Positions 52,690 to 64,000 are shown, counted from the stretch's first letter. The stretch is 64,000 nt of DNA from Chiloscyllium plagiosum (GCF_004010195.1 NC_057749.1:9027787-9091786), one strand, 5' to 3'. Translations and numbers: made by a program. Notes: a model not told the origin generated them from the letters alone.

Positions 52690-53325
52690 AATGGAGGCAC
52701 TATGGTCAGGAAAGCAGAACAACAAATCTACTTCCTCAGGAGGCTAAGGAAATGTGGCATCTCCGTAAAGACACTTGTCAACTTTAACTTTGTGCACTCC
52801 AGTCCAACACTGGCATCTCCAAATCACAACTTTTACAGATGCACCATGGAAAGCATTCTATCTGGATACATTAAAGTTTGATACGGCAACTGCTCTGCCC
52901 AGGACCATAAGAAACTGCAGAGAGTTGTGACCACAGCCCAGTCCATCACACAAACCAACCTTCCAACCATCTACACTTCTCACTGCCTCAGGAAGGCAGC
53001 CAACATCATCAAAGACCCCTCCCACCCCGGTTATAGTCTCTTCCAACCCCTTCTGTCAGGCAGAAGATACAAAAGTTTAAACACAAAAGTTTACATACTG
53101 ACAAATCGAAGAACAGCTTCTTCCCCGCTGTTATCAGAGCTCAGAATAGACCTCTCAAATTTCAAATCTAATGTTGATCTTGCTCTTTGTGCACCTTCTC
53201 TGCAGCTGTAACATTGTATTCCTCACTCTGTTCTATTACTCTAATGCACTTTGTATGGTATGATTTGCCTGTACTGCACGCAAAACAGAACTTTTCACTC
53301 TACTGAGGTACAATAATAGATCAAA
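52690..53325 (+). mobile_element. Rex1/Babar-like LINE 3' fragment
   Basis: KAEQQIYFLRRLRK; TAQSITQTNLP..KAANIIKDPSHPGYSLFQPLLSGRRYKS; same family as 40125-40935 and about 21015-21240. Confidence 0.75.
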
Positions 53326-55026
53326 TTTCACATCCTTGATATATCCTTGAAATTGCATCAGCCAGCAAAACTTCCCTGTTAAGATCTCAAAGTGAAAGAA
53401 AAACTAACAAATCAAAAGGGAGAGAAAGGATTTGCATTTGTATAGTAACTTCCATAAGCTCAGAATATCTCAAAGAGCTTTATAAGCAATGATGCACTTT
53501 ACTGGAGTAGCCTCTATTGCGTGTCGGAAAAGTGGCGTCCGATTTGTGTGAGGTGTTTCTTCAGTGCAGTGTTTAAGATGTTTTTTAATCAACCTGTTCG
53601 GAGATGCTGTGGCACACTCCTGGAGTAGGTGGGACTTGAACCCAGGCCTCCTGACTTAAAGTACAAACACTACCAACTGTGCCACACTTCCCAGTGCAGT
53701 GTTCAATGCTTCTGCCCTTGATTATGTGAGTCTATTTACAATTGATGTGCACTGTGCTTGATTGGAGTGGACTGTGACGAAAGTAACCAAAGCTGTAGAG
53801 AGAACCAGAAGGGAAAGCAGTAGCATGGAACAGATATTGTGAGCCATTGTGACTAAAAACTATTACACACAGAGGCTGGAAAGTGAGACACATATAGATT
53901 TAGTATACTTTTGGCCGAACAGACTTGATGGGCTATAGGGGCTTTTCTGTACTGTATGATTCTATATCAATCAATGTCATCTCTGTATTGCTATGTGACC
54001 TAAAACAGACACCATAATTTACCAGCAGGATGGATAACCTGGGGAGGCAAGGGCTTAGGCCATATTATTGCTGGATTGTTAATCGAGGTAATGTTCCAGG
54101 CAACTGGGTTCAAATGATGCCATGGCAGATGGTAGAACTTTATTTCAACAAAAAATTTGGAACTAAGAATCTAATGATGACCATGAGAGCATTGCTGATT
54201 GATGGTGAAAGTCCATCTGGTTTATTAATGAAAGAAATTGCCATCCTTATCTGGTCTGGCCTACACATGACTCCAGACCCACAGCAGTGTGGATGACTCT
54301 TAAATGCCCTCTGGGCAATTAGGGATGGGCAATAAATGCTGGCCCAGCCAGTAACACAGTCATCCCGTGAATGAATTTTTTTTTAAAAATGAATGATCTA
54401 CCATAACGTGGAGGAAGGTACATGTCCTCATGTCATTTCGTTGGCCTCTTACTCTGCTACTACAACATATTAAAACAGAATTCATGATGGAGGCACCCAG
54501 TAACAGGAACTATTGAGATCGTGATAGGATGGAAGTTAGCTTCAGGTGAAAGAGACAGAAGCAGCCGATAAATTTAAGAAATAATGACAGCAGGAAGGAC
54601 AGGTGACCAAAATAAACAATGATCAGCAGGAGCGAAACAGGCGATGAAGGAATAATGAAAGAAAGAGCGAGTGAGAAAACTAAAGGGAGAAAGAGAGCCG
54701 CAACAAACATCAGGAATGAGAGAGGTGGTTAATAATGGAAAAACCAAGAAAGGGGGAGAGAGAGAAATAACAAAAAAAAAATCAGGGAAAATAAAAAGTC
54801 AAAACCAAGGAAGAAGATAACAAGCATTCGGTAAGAAAGAGGTTTAAAAATGAACCAATAGTAGGGACTTAGAAACCACAACAATCAAGCACCACTATCA
54901 TCTCTCATTGGCTGAACAGATCACCCTTCAGCCAACCTCATTCAGGGGAAAGAGGGACAACGATAAGAGATTACTACCCAGGGAATAAATCACACAGGGA
55001 GACCACAACAACACGGTGAACTGTAC

Positions 55027-55091
55027 CTTGCAATTTGGAGCTTATTTCTTCCAGAAAGGAGTCACAACGAGCACATTTCCGAATGGGAGAA
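55027..55091 (-). CDS. Coiled-coil protein gene, exon with CxxC motif
   Basis: ccccttcttctgttgcag|T TCT CCC...CAA G|gtacag; SPIRKCARCDSFLEEISSKLQ; 65 nt, phase 2 to 1. Confidence 0.85.
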
Positions 55092-55451
55092 CTGCAACAG
55101 AAGAAGGGGAAACATTAATAGTTTCTGAAGAGCTAGCCAGCGACATTACCAGACAAATGTTCTCATATCCAACTCCTTTTCACATTGAAATTTGAATGTG
55201 GTTATTTAAGAGGGCAGTGCCTTTAATGTGTCTAATTGCATGTGTTATAGTTCAGGGGGAGCCTGTGTTGCACTTTTCCCTGCATGTTGCAACCTGGAGC
55301 TGTGGATGATGAAGGTACAGAGGGTCCAACAATATTTTCATTTCATGGCTGACCAAGAATTCATCTGGCTCATACCGTTTGCCACTAGCTTGTGTTGGAA
55401 GGATTTGCAGGGTGCTCCGTAACCAAACAGGTCGAGTAGATAGTGATGTAG

Positions 55452-55665
55452 AGGGTGGCGCTGGAAACGCACAGCAGGTCAGGCAGCATCCAAAGAGCAG
55501 GGGAGTCAACGCTTCAGGCACAAACCCTTCATCAGCAATGTGATGAAGAGCTTATGTCCAAAACATCAACTCTCCTGCTCCTCTGAAGCTGCCTGACCAG
55601 CTGTGCTTTTCCAGCACCACACTTCTTGACTCTGATCTCCAGTATCTGCAGTCCTCACTTTCTCC
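55452..55665. mobile_element. Foldback element with back-to-back hammerhead remnants
   Basis: cttcatcag-caat-gtgatgaag at 55527-55548; perfect TSD TAGATAGTGATGTAG at 55437-55451 and 55666-55680. Confidence 0.85.
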
Positions 55666-55715
55666 TAGATAGTGATGTAGTGTGACAATACTGTGGCTTT
55701 AAAAGGTGTATTTAT

Positions 55716-56033
55716 GGCGGCACAGTGGCTCAGTGGTTAGCACTGCTGCCTCACAGCACCAGGGTCCCAGGTTTGATTCCAGCCTCGGGCAACTGTTTGT
55801 GTGGAGTTTGCACATTTTCCCCATGTCTGCCTGGGTTTCCACTCGGTGCTCCGGCTCCCTCCCACAGTCCAAAGATGTGCAGGTCAGGTGAATTGGCCAT
55901 TCTAAATTGCCCCGCAGTCTTAGGTGCATCAGTCAGAGGGCAATGTGTCTGGGAGGGTTACTCTTCAGAGGGTTAGTGTGGACTGGTTGCGCCGAAGGGC
56001 CTGTTTCCACACTGTAGGGAATCTAATCTAATC
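55716..56033 (+). mobile_element. HE1-type SINE
   Basis: Full head to (aatct)n tail. Confidence 0.88.
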
Positions 56034-56059
56034 TTATTCCTCGTTTTTTTTAAGACAGA

Positions 56060-56616
56060 GGTAACGAGCAGTCTACCAGAGTCATGAGAATATACAACTT
56101 GTAAGACCATTTGTTTTAACATTGGAACAACAGAAGGAGCCTGAATGGGTGGGGTCAAGCTCCCAGAGAACCAGGAGTTTTAGTTTCGCTTTCCATAGTT
56201 GCTATTAGGGTCTTGAAGAGATGGAAGCTTTTTTCTCCCGCTCTCTCTCTCAATTACAGTCAAAACCTGGGGGTCCCCTTCCTGCTGGGATTTGCATGTG
56301 AAACAATCTGTTTTCTGCACGTGGCTTCTTGCAAAGGGTGTATTTATGGAATGTTGCTATGTTGGAACAGTTAATTAGCAATAGTTACTGTATTTATTAT
56401 TCTGTTAAGTTTTCCAACAGAGTTAAATTATTCAAATTCTTTGTTTCTTTTGTTGTATTTTAACTATAGTGGATGAATAAACCGTGTTTTGCTTTAAAAT
56501 TTGGTAGCTTGAAAAATCTGGAATGTAACACCTTTTATTTACCTTTAAAATAAGAAAATGTTGGGGTCCAGGTTATCTTCTTAATATTTTGAGAGGCTTT
56601 GGTCTGGTCCATAACA
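56060..56616 (+). mobile_element. Solo-LTR-like element, same family
   Basis: Internal AATAAA (about 56476); ends ggtctggtccataaca. Confidence 0.6.
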
Positions 56617-57659
56617 TATGGAGACAGGGGCACTGGACTGATAATCAAAAGGACTCAGTTGATGCTCTGGGATTATGGGCTTAAATCCCAGAGCAGCACT
56701 CGGTGAAATTTAAATTCCTGGAATGGAAAGCTAATCCTAAAACCCCATCTGGTTCACTCACATCCTTCAGGGAAGTGAACTGCCATCCTTAGCTAGTCTG
56801 GCCTATATGGGACTCCAGACCCACAGCAATGTGGTTGACTCTTAATTGCCATCTGAGATGGCTGAGCAAGCCATTCAGTTCAAGGACACTTAGGGATGGG
56901 CAACAAATGCTGGCCTTGCTAGCGATGCCCACATCTCACAGAAGAATAAAAGGGAAACAAAAACTTGCCAAATCAAATCCTGAATTGAGACTTGAAGCCA
57001 GAATGCCAGGCTGAGAAGCAGGAATATGATGAACTGTGTCCAGTGTATTTGTTTAAATTTCCACATGAATGACAGTAAGGGAAGGTTGGATGAGCAATCT
57101 GGAGTTCAGATCTCATAATAGCAAAAACTAATCGTGATTATTGTCATAGAAACCCAACATCAGAAAAGGGAACCGCATAACCCGTTCCTAATCCAGCCTC
57201 CACATGGTTCTACTTCAGACAATCAGCTTGATTCGATAAAAGACAATCCTCTACAAATAGCACGTACAGAGGGGAACTCAAAGTACATCGTAGGCAGTTT
57301 GTTCCTTTGGAAGGGTTTTGCAGTCAAAACCTTGCAGCCATGAGGCAAGGTCAGGTTGTGAAGGTTGAGGGAGAAACATTACGTAGAACACCAGGGAGAA
57401 TTCCACCGTTTTTCAAACAGTGCCACATACTGTTTTGCATTCACCTGAGAAAGTGCAATGAGATGTTGGTGTAAGTGTCCATTGAAAGAAGGTACTCCAA
57501 CAGCACAGCACAATACACTGAAGGCTAAACTAAACTGGAAGCGGAGTTGGAAGTGCCAGGCAAAATGCACATTGAAGTGGCCTTGTGTCTCAGGCTGGTG
57601 AACATTAGCAATAAATTCGGCTCTGCTACATGCCAGGTTAGGGTGATCTGCTCAAAGGG

Positions 57660-58598
57660 ATGACGTGGTGGTGCAGTGGTTAGCACTGCTGCCTCACAGC
57701 GCCAAGGACCTGGGTTTGATTCCAGCCTCAGGTGGCTGTCTGTGTGAAGTTTGCGCACGCTGCCAGTGTCTGTGTGGGTTTCCTCTGGGTGCTCAATTTC
57801 CTCCCATAGTCCAAAGACGTGCAGGTTAGGTGGACTGGCCATGCTAAATTGCCCAAAGTGTCCAGGAATGGGCACGCTAGGTAGATTAGCTTAAGGATCT
57901 TGCGAAGAGTTGTAGCTTGGGTTGTGGAGTTGGTTGTAAGTTTCTTCGCTGAGCTGGTGGGTTGTCATGCAAACGTTTTGTCACCGTGTTAGGTAATATC
58001 ATCGGTGTGATTTCCATGAAGTGTTGATATTCTATTTTGGTTGATATCGAGATGCCCCAGTCTGTTAAGGTGGCTGGTATCACTTCTGGTTTTCATTTGT
58101 TGTGGTTTGTATATGGGGTCTATGTCAACATACCTGTTGATGGCATTGCAGGTTGATAATTAGGCCTTAAGGAATTCCCGTGTATGTCTCTGTTTCGCTT
58201 GTCCTTTATGTTGTCCCAGTCAAATTGGTGGTCCTCTTTGTCTGCACATACTGAGATGAGGGAGACCTGGTTGTGCCATTTTGCTGTTAGTTGGTGTTTG
58301 TGTATCCAGATTGCTAGTTTTCTTCCAGTCTGGCCAATGTAATGTTTGTGACAGTTGTTATATGGGATTTTGTACATCACGTTGGTCCTGCCTGTTATGG
58401 GCATGGGATTTTTCATTCTTATGAGTAGTTGGCATAGTGCGGCTGTGGGTTGGTGTACTGTCATGATTCCTAGTAGTCTAATTGTCATTTCTGATTAGAC
58501 ATGGGAAATGTGAGGTTATGGGGATAGAGTAAGAGGTGGGATTCTCTTCGGAGGGTCAGTGTGGGCAGAATGGCCTGCTCCCACACTAGGGATTCTAA
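57660..58598 (+). mobile_element. HE1-type SINE split by a Penelope insertion
   Basis: 5' half 57660-57890; 3' half 58493-58598 resumes at gattag-(c)catgggaaatg. Confidence 0.85.
57891..58492 (-). mobile_element. Penelope-like element 3' fragment (GIY-YIG) inserted in a SINE
   Basis: ORF 58120-58488 NVMYKIPYNNCHKHYIGQTGRKLAIWIHKHQL..HQFDWDN; GATTAG on both sides (57884-57889, 58493-58498). Confidence 0.88.
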
Positions 58599-59671
58599 GG
58601 TGGATGTCTTGGTTTATCAAGTCAAGAACAGACTTTGTTTTTTCCACTTGCAGTTTGAGCAAATTGTGTATCATGAATCAGTGATTGGTTCAGAGGTTAT
58701 GGTTTCAAGACCAACTCCACAGATCTAAGTCAGCAGGAACGAAACAAGCAATGAGGGAATAAGTGAAAGAGAGAGAACATTGCAGGAGGAGAATTGGAGT
58801 GAGAAAACTAAAGGGAACTGCAAGTGACATCAGGAATACGAGGGCTGTTTTATTTAGTCATTAGATGAAGGCATCGCTGGCAAGACCAGCATTTATTACC
58901 CATCTCAGAAGGCAGTTAAGAGTCAACCACATTGCTGTGGGTCTGGAGTCACATGTAGGCCAGACAAGATAAAGATGGCAGTTTCCTTACCGAAAAGACA
59001 TGAGTGATCCAGATGGCTTTTCCTAACAACGGATTCACTGTCACCATTACACCTTTTCTTTCAAAAATTGAATTCAAATTTCACCATCTGACTTGGTGGG
59101 ATTCCACCTTGGTTTCCAGAACACTCCCTGAATCTCTGGATTAACAGTCCAGCGATAATACCACTAGGCTGTCACCTGCTTGGGTGGTTAATAATGAAAG
59201 AAACCAAGAAAGGAGGGAGAAAGAGATAACAAATAAAATCAAGGAAAATAAAAAGTCACAACTAAGGATGAATATGACAAACACTGGGTATGACAGAGGT
59301 TTCAAAATGAACCAATCGCAGTGACTCAGGAACAACAACAATCAAGCACCACTATCATCTCTCAGGGCTGATACTGCGGTGCAATAATTGAGGGAGTGCT
59401 ACACTGTCAGAAATACTGTTGCTCAAATGAGATGTCAAACTGAGATCTCCTCTACGTTCTCGGTTGGTGTAAAATAGCCCGGGGCACTTTTGCGAGGAAG
59501 GTTTCACCAAATTGTCCTTGTCAACATGGATCCCTCAACCAGAAACAGCAAAAAGCTCTCGTCTGTTCACGGTCCCATTGCAGGATCTTGCAGTGAACAA
59601 AATGGTTGCCAGGTTTCCGACAGCATTGGACCCTCGTCCAAGGGGTTACCAGTTACAACTCTCAGTCTCAC

Positions 59672-59745
59672 CTCTGGTGCTTTTCGGATTCTTCACGCAT
59701 GCTCCTTTGCTGGTGAGGTTTTCCCAAAACTTCCATTTCGGCCAT
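59672..59745 (-). CDS. Coiled-coil protein gene, exon
   Basis: gttttgcag|ATG GCC...CAG AG|gtgaga; MAEMEVLGKPHQQRSMREESEKHQ(S); 74 nt, phase 0 to 2. Confidence 0.82.
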
Positions 59746-60485
59746 CTGCAAAACATCAACAAGAGTAGAGGGACTGTATTCAGGACCATGGACCATCAAC
59801 TACAACAACTCACATTGACATAGCAGCCTGAACTTTGGAAAATCTCCAGGTGCTGCACAGAAACATAATTTTCCATTGGCCCACGTAAGGAGATGTTAAC
59901 AAAGGTGATCATTAGCTGGGTCACAGAGATCTGTTTTGAGGAGTGTCTTAAAGGAGGAAAGGAAGAGAGATTCAAAAACTAAATTTCACAGTTTAGGTCC
60001 CAGACAGCTGAAGGCATGAGCACCAATGGTAGGCCCAACTTGGACGTGTGCAGAGATTCCAGACTTAGAAATCTTCAAAGACCCCTAACAGACCCAGTGA
60101 GAGTTACATTGTTCCTGGAGTAAGCCTTTCCCGTGAGCAGGAAGTTGATACTCCATGAAGAATGTCGATGGGATCCACCAATGAAGTTTTTTTACCTGGA
60201 ATCACAAATTCTGTCCCAAATTCAGACAGTGATGTGTCAAGACTGGAAGCCTGGGCTATAATTGCCACTGCCCTGTGGCCATATGCTTCATATACAATTA
60301 ATTAATATTATTATTTTATACGCAAGGTTGCTCGCAGCAATTGGCCAATTCAGAGAGGTCTCCCATTGGAGGCCTGTGGTAGCAAATCCTTTTGTGTGTC
60401 AATAATGTTAGAGTGGTAAGTTGAACTTGAATCACAGCACGTAGAAACTCGACAAGAGAGAGGAAGAAACCTTTAACTAACAAAC

Positions 60486-60570
60486 CTTCAGTTCCAGTGA
60501 CGAAATCTTAATTTCAAGTTCAGTCTTCTCTGTCTTTCGGAGCCTTTCAATTTGTCTTAATGCTTGTTCC
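60486..60570 (-). CDS. Coiled-coil protein gene, most 5' exon found
   Basis: ctgtttccag|G GAA CAA...CTG AAG|gtttgt; EQALRQIERLRKTEKTELEIKISSLELK; 85 nt, ends phase 0. Confidence 0.82.
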
Positions 60571-60598
60571 CTGGAAACAGGCCCAGAAACAGTTAGGG

Positions 60599-61368
60599 GA
60601 GTCATAGAGATGTACAGCACGGAAATAGACTCTTCACTCCAACCCGTCCATCCCGACTAGATATCCTAAATTAATCTAGTCCCTTTTAGAGTCATAGAGA
60701 TGTACAGCACAGAAACAGACCCTTCGGTCCAACCCGTCCATCCCGACTAGATATCCTAAAGTAATCTAGTCCCTTTTAGAGTCAGAGAGATGTACAGCAC
60801 TGAAACTGACCTTTTGGCCCAACCCGTCCATGCCGACCAGATATCGCAACCTAATCTCGTTCCATTTGCCAGCACCCAGCCCATATCCCTCTCAACCTTT
60901 GCTAATCATATACTCATCCAGATGCCTTTTAAATAATGCAATTTTACCAGCCTCCACCACTTCCTCTGGCAGCTCATCCCATACACATACCACTCTCTGC
61001 GTGAAAAAATTGCCCCAGAGGTCCCTTTTTAATCTTTTCCGCATCACCTTAAACCTGTGCCCTCTAGTTTGGACTCCTGACCCCGGGGAAAAGACCGTAT
61101 CTATTTATCCTACCTACGCCCCTCATGATTTTATAAACTTCTATAAGATCTCCTCTCAGCCTCCGACCCTCCAGGGAAAATAGTCCTAGTCTATTCAGCC
61201 TCTCCCTACAGCTCAAACTCTCCAACCCTGGCAACATTCTTGTAAATCTTTTCTGAACCCTTTCAAGTTTCACAGCATCTTTCCTATAGGAGGGAGTCCA
61301 GAATTGAATGCAGTATTTCAGAAGTGGCCTAACCAATGTCCTATATAGCTGCAACATGACCTCCCAAC
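60599..61368 (-). mobile_element. CR1 LINE 3' fragment with triplicated 90-bp tail
   Basis: ORF 61064-61357 LYRTLVRPLLKYCIQFW; tail units start at 60599, 60689 and 60779. Confidence 0.9.
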
Positions 61369-62094
61369 AATCCTGGGGCAGTATAGCATCTCTTCAGATG
61401 TACCCGTGTCCCTCAAAATACTTTGGCCAAGGCAACAAACTAGTCCCAAGAAGGTTAGCATATTTATACTGGAGTGTGGGAGTCCCTGGTCTTTATTGCC
61501 CATCTATAAAGGAGGCGATATTGTGCCAATTTTTCGTTGCATTCCTTGCACTGAATATCTCCCTGGAACTGTCCGGCAGGGAGTTACAGGATTCTGACCC
61601 AGTGACGATGAAGTAACAGGCTGCCCAGGAGCACTCCAGTTTCCTTCCATTTCTCCCTCGACCTGCCTATCAGAGACTTCAGTGTACTTAACAACCAAGC
61701 CTCTAAAGAATTCCACACATTAACTCCCCTTGGAGAGAAGGAATTCCGCCTCATCGCTCTTAAATGGGAGACCCCTGGTTCTGAGATTGTCCCCTCGGAC
61801 CCTCAACTCTCAAATAAGGCAAAACAACCTTTCCACATCTACCCTGTCCAGTCCCCGAAGAATGTTTTAATAAGGTCGCCCCCTTAATTTTCTAAACTCT
61901 GTGTTTAGTGAGTACGGGCACAACCCATTCAAACTCTCAAAAGAAAATTTTCCCATGAGCAGAACCAACATGGAGAATCTTCTCTGGACTGCCTCCGATA
62001 TATGTTCCCTGACATAACGGAACCAAAACTGTCCGGGTTTGATCGGACTGGTGCCTTGTCTAATTTAAGCAAAATGTCCCAATTTTGCAGGGAA

Positions 62095-62425
62095 TTCTTT
62101 CAGTGTGGAAAGAGGCCATTCAGCCCATCGAGTCCACACTGACCCTCCAAAAGAGCATCCCACCCAGACCTAGCCCACCCCCCCACTACTCCATCCCTGT
62201 AGTCCCACTTTTACCAACATTAACTCGCCTGGCCTGCATGCCTCTGGACTCTAAAGGAAATTCAGTGTGGCCAATCCACCCTGACTTGCACATCTTTGGA
62301 CTGTGGGAGGAAACTGGAGCACCCTGAGGAAACCCACGCAGAGTATGTGCAAACTCCACACAGACAGTCACCCATCGAACCCAGGTCCTTGGTGCTGTGA
62401 GGCAGTTGTGCTAACCACTGAGTCA
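62095..62425 (-). mobile_element. HE1-type SINE
   Basis: Same family, reverse strand. Confidence 0.8.
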
Positions 62426-62668
62426 CATACCACCCATTAATACTCCATTTCCTTTGGACTGCAGGCCAACAGTTTGTTTGTCTTCCCTTTTATGCAGTGA
62501 ACCTAGATGCGAGCTCACTGTGATTCATACATAGGGACTTCCAGATCCCTGGGTGCTGCAGCTTTATGCAATCCTTCCCCATTTTCCCTCAAGAGGTTAA
62601 CATGTGGATATCTCTCCCCAGCATAACTGTTGAGACTGGGTAATTGAATTGGATCAAGGTTGAGTTAG

Positions 62669-63360
62669 ATTTTAATCAATAGGAAAGTCAACCATTTTGG
62701 GGATCAGACAGATCAGTGGAGTTGAAGTCACAATCAAATCAGATCTCCTCGACAGGCAGAGCAGGATCAGTGGGCCAAATGGCCTACTTTTGCCCTTAAA
62801 TCTTGTGTCCCTGTAGATCACAGTAAGGCAGATAGAATGCCAATTTCTAAGTGTGCAACAGGTTTATCTATTGTGCTTTAAAAAGTCACTACACACACAA
62901 AATGTTTGTACTTATCACTATCTCAGTTTCAGTATCTGGCAGCTTCTGTGCTGTCTGATGACTTTGGTTCTGAGTCAACTCTAAGTTTTAAGCAATCAAG
63001 CACCATGAACATTGGTTCTGAGAGTCTGGTCACTGATCTAACAGTGAACAAATGAATACCCAGACCTCTATATCACATCACATCTGTTGTACAACTAACC
63101 AATAATAAGCAAGTTGGATAATGGATACCGCCCTGCCCCTTCCTCCTGTGAGACATTTCAATCAGCCTGGTACTTAGAGCTAGATCACCCATTCTATCTG
63201 CCTTACTGTGATCTGCAGGGACACAAGATTTAGGGGCAAGAGTAGACCATTCGGCCCACTGATCCTGCTCGGTCTGTCGAGGGGATCTGATTTGATTGTG
63301 ACTTCAACTCCACCGATCTGTCTGATCCCCAAAACTGTTGACTTTCCTATTGATTAAAAT
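62669..63360. repeat. 171-bp inverted repeat with 350-bp spacer
   Basis: 62669-62839 vs reverse complement of 63190-63360: about 11 mismatches, no gaps. Confidence 0.92.
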
Positions 63361-63409
63361 TGGACATAATCCTGAAGGTTTAATTATACGTCCTCATGGC
63401 TCCAACCTC

Positions 63410-63911
63410 ATAGAGTTAAAGAGATTTACAGCATGGAATCACCCTTTGGCCCAATTTGTCCATGCTGTCCAGTTTCACAATTAATCTAGTCCCATTTGCC
63501 TGCATTTGGTCCATATCTCTCCATACCTCCCTTTCTAAATGTTCCTTAAATGATGAAATTGTACTCACCTCCACCACTACGTCTGGCAGCATGTTCCAGA
63601 TACTCACCACCCTCTTGTGAAAAATTGCCCCTCTGAACCATTTCGTATCTCTCCCCTCTCACCTTAAACCTATGCCCTCTAGGGTAAAAGCTGTAGGCTT
63701 TCTATTTTATCTATGTCCCTCATGATTTTACAGACCTCTATAAGGTCACCCCCCAGTCTCCCATGCTCCAGGGAAAAGACTCCCAGCCTATCCAGCCTCT
63801 CCTTATAACTCAAACCTTCCAGTCCAGGTAACATCCTAGTAAATCTTTCAGCACTCTATTAGGTTAATTACTATCCTTTCTATGGTAGAGTGGCCAGAAC
63901 TGCACACAGTA
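63410..63911 (-). mobile_element. CR1 LINE 3' fragment
   Basis: ORF 63416-63610 WNMLPDVVVE; interrupted at 63912 by a Tigger-like element. Confidence 0.85.
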
Positions 63912-64000
63912 CAGGTAGACAATCCTTTATCCGAAATGCTCGGGACCAGCTGTTTTTCGGAATTCAGAACTTTTCGGTTTTCAAAATAAGTGACAGTTTA
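63912..64000 (+). mobile_element. Left end of a Tigger-like DNA transposon or MITE
   Basis: TA|CAGGTAGACAATCCTTTATCCGAAATGCTCGGGACCAG; runs off the end of the window. Confidence 0.6.

Noticed and set aside
57381..57444. Exon-like segment on the - strand (VNAKQYVALFEKRW...)
   Set aside because: Inclusion after the phase-2 exon 59672-59745 gives an immediate TGA; the flanking exons already join in frame without it.
60599..60868. Regularly spaced repeats as a CRISPR-like array
   Set aside because: Eukaryotic context; the units are contiguous LINE tail copies with no unique spacers.

Overview
Repeat-rich vertebrate genomic DNA. The HE1-type V-SINE, CR1/HER1-type LINE and Deu-domain SINE content points to a shark or other elasmobranch. 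Two spliced genes face each other. (1) A + strand synaptotagmin-family gene has four coding exons (5295-6208, 14690-14858, 16215-16381, 20252-20401) encoding a TM helix plus C2A and C2B domains with degenerate Ca2+-binding loops; its start exon was not found. (2) A - strand coiled-coil protein gene has nine phase-consistent exons from 60570 down to a stop at 37506; its 5' part was not located and probably lies beyond the window. The rest is CR1, Rex1/Babar-like and L2-like LINE fragments, SINEs, Penelope-like (GIY-YIG) remnants, solo-LTR-like pieces, two Tigger/pogo-like MITEs, a degenerate interstitial telomeric tract, a 26-bp-periodic (TG)n array and a 500-N gap. The most interesting signal is a set of about 10 short, mostly foldback, non-coding elements carrying minimal type-I hammerhead ribozyme motifs (CTGANGA-stem II-GAAAC-GTH). 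Three are flanked by clear 13-15 bp target-site duplications, and the GIY-YIG Penelope remnants carry related motifs. All calls were made by eye. Repeat boundaries are approximate and family names come from recognition, not database searches.
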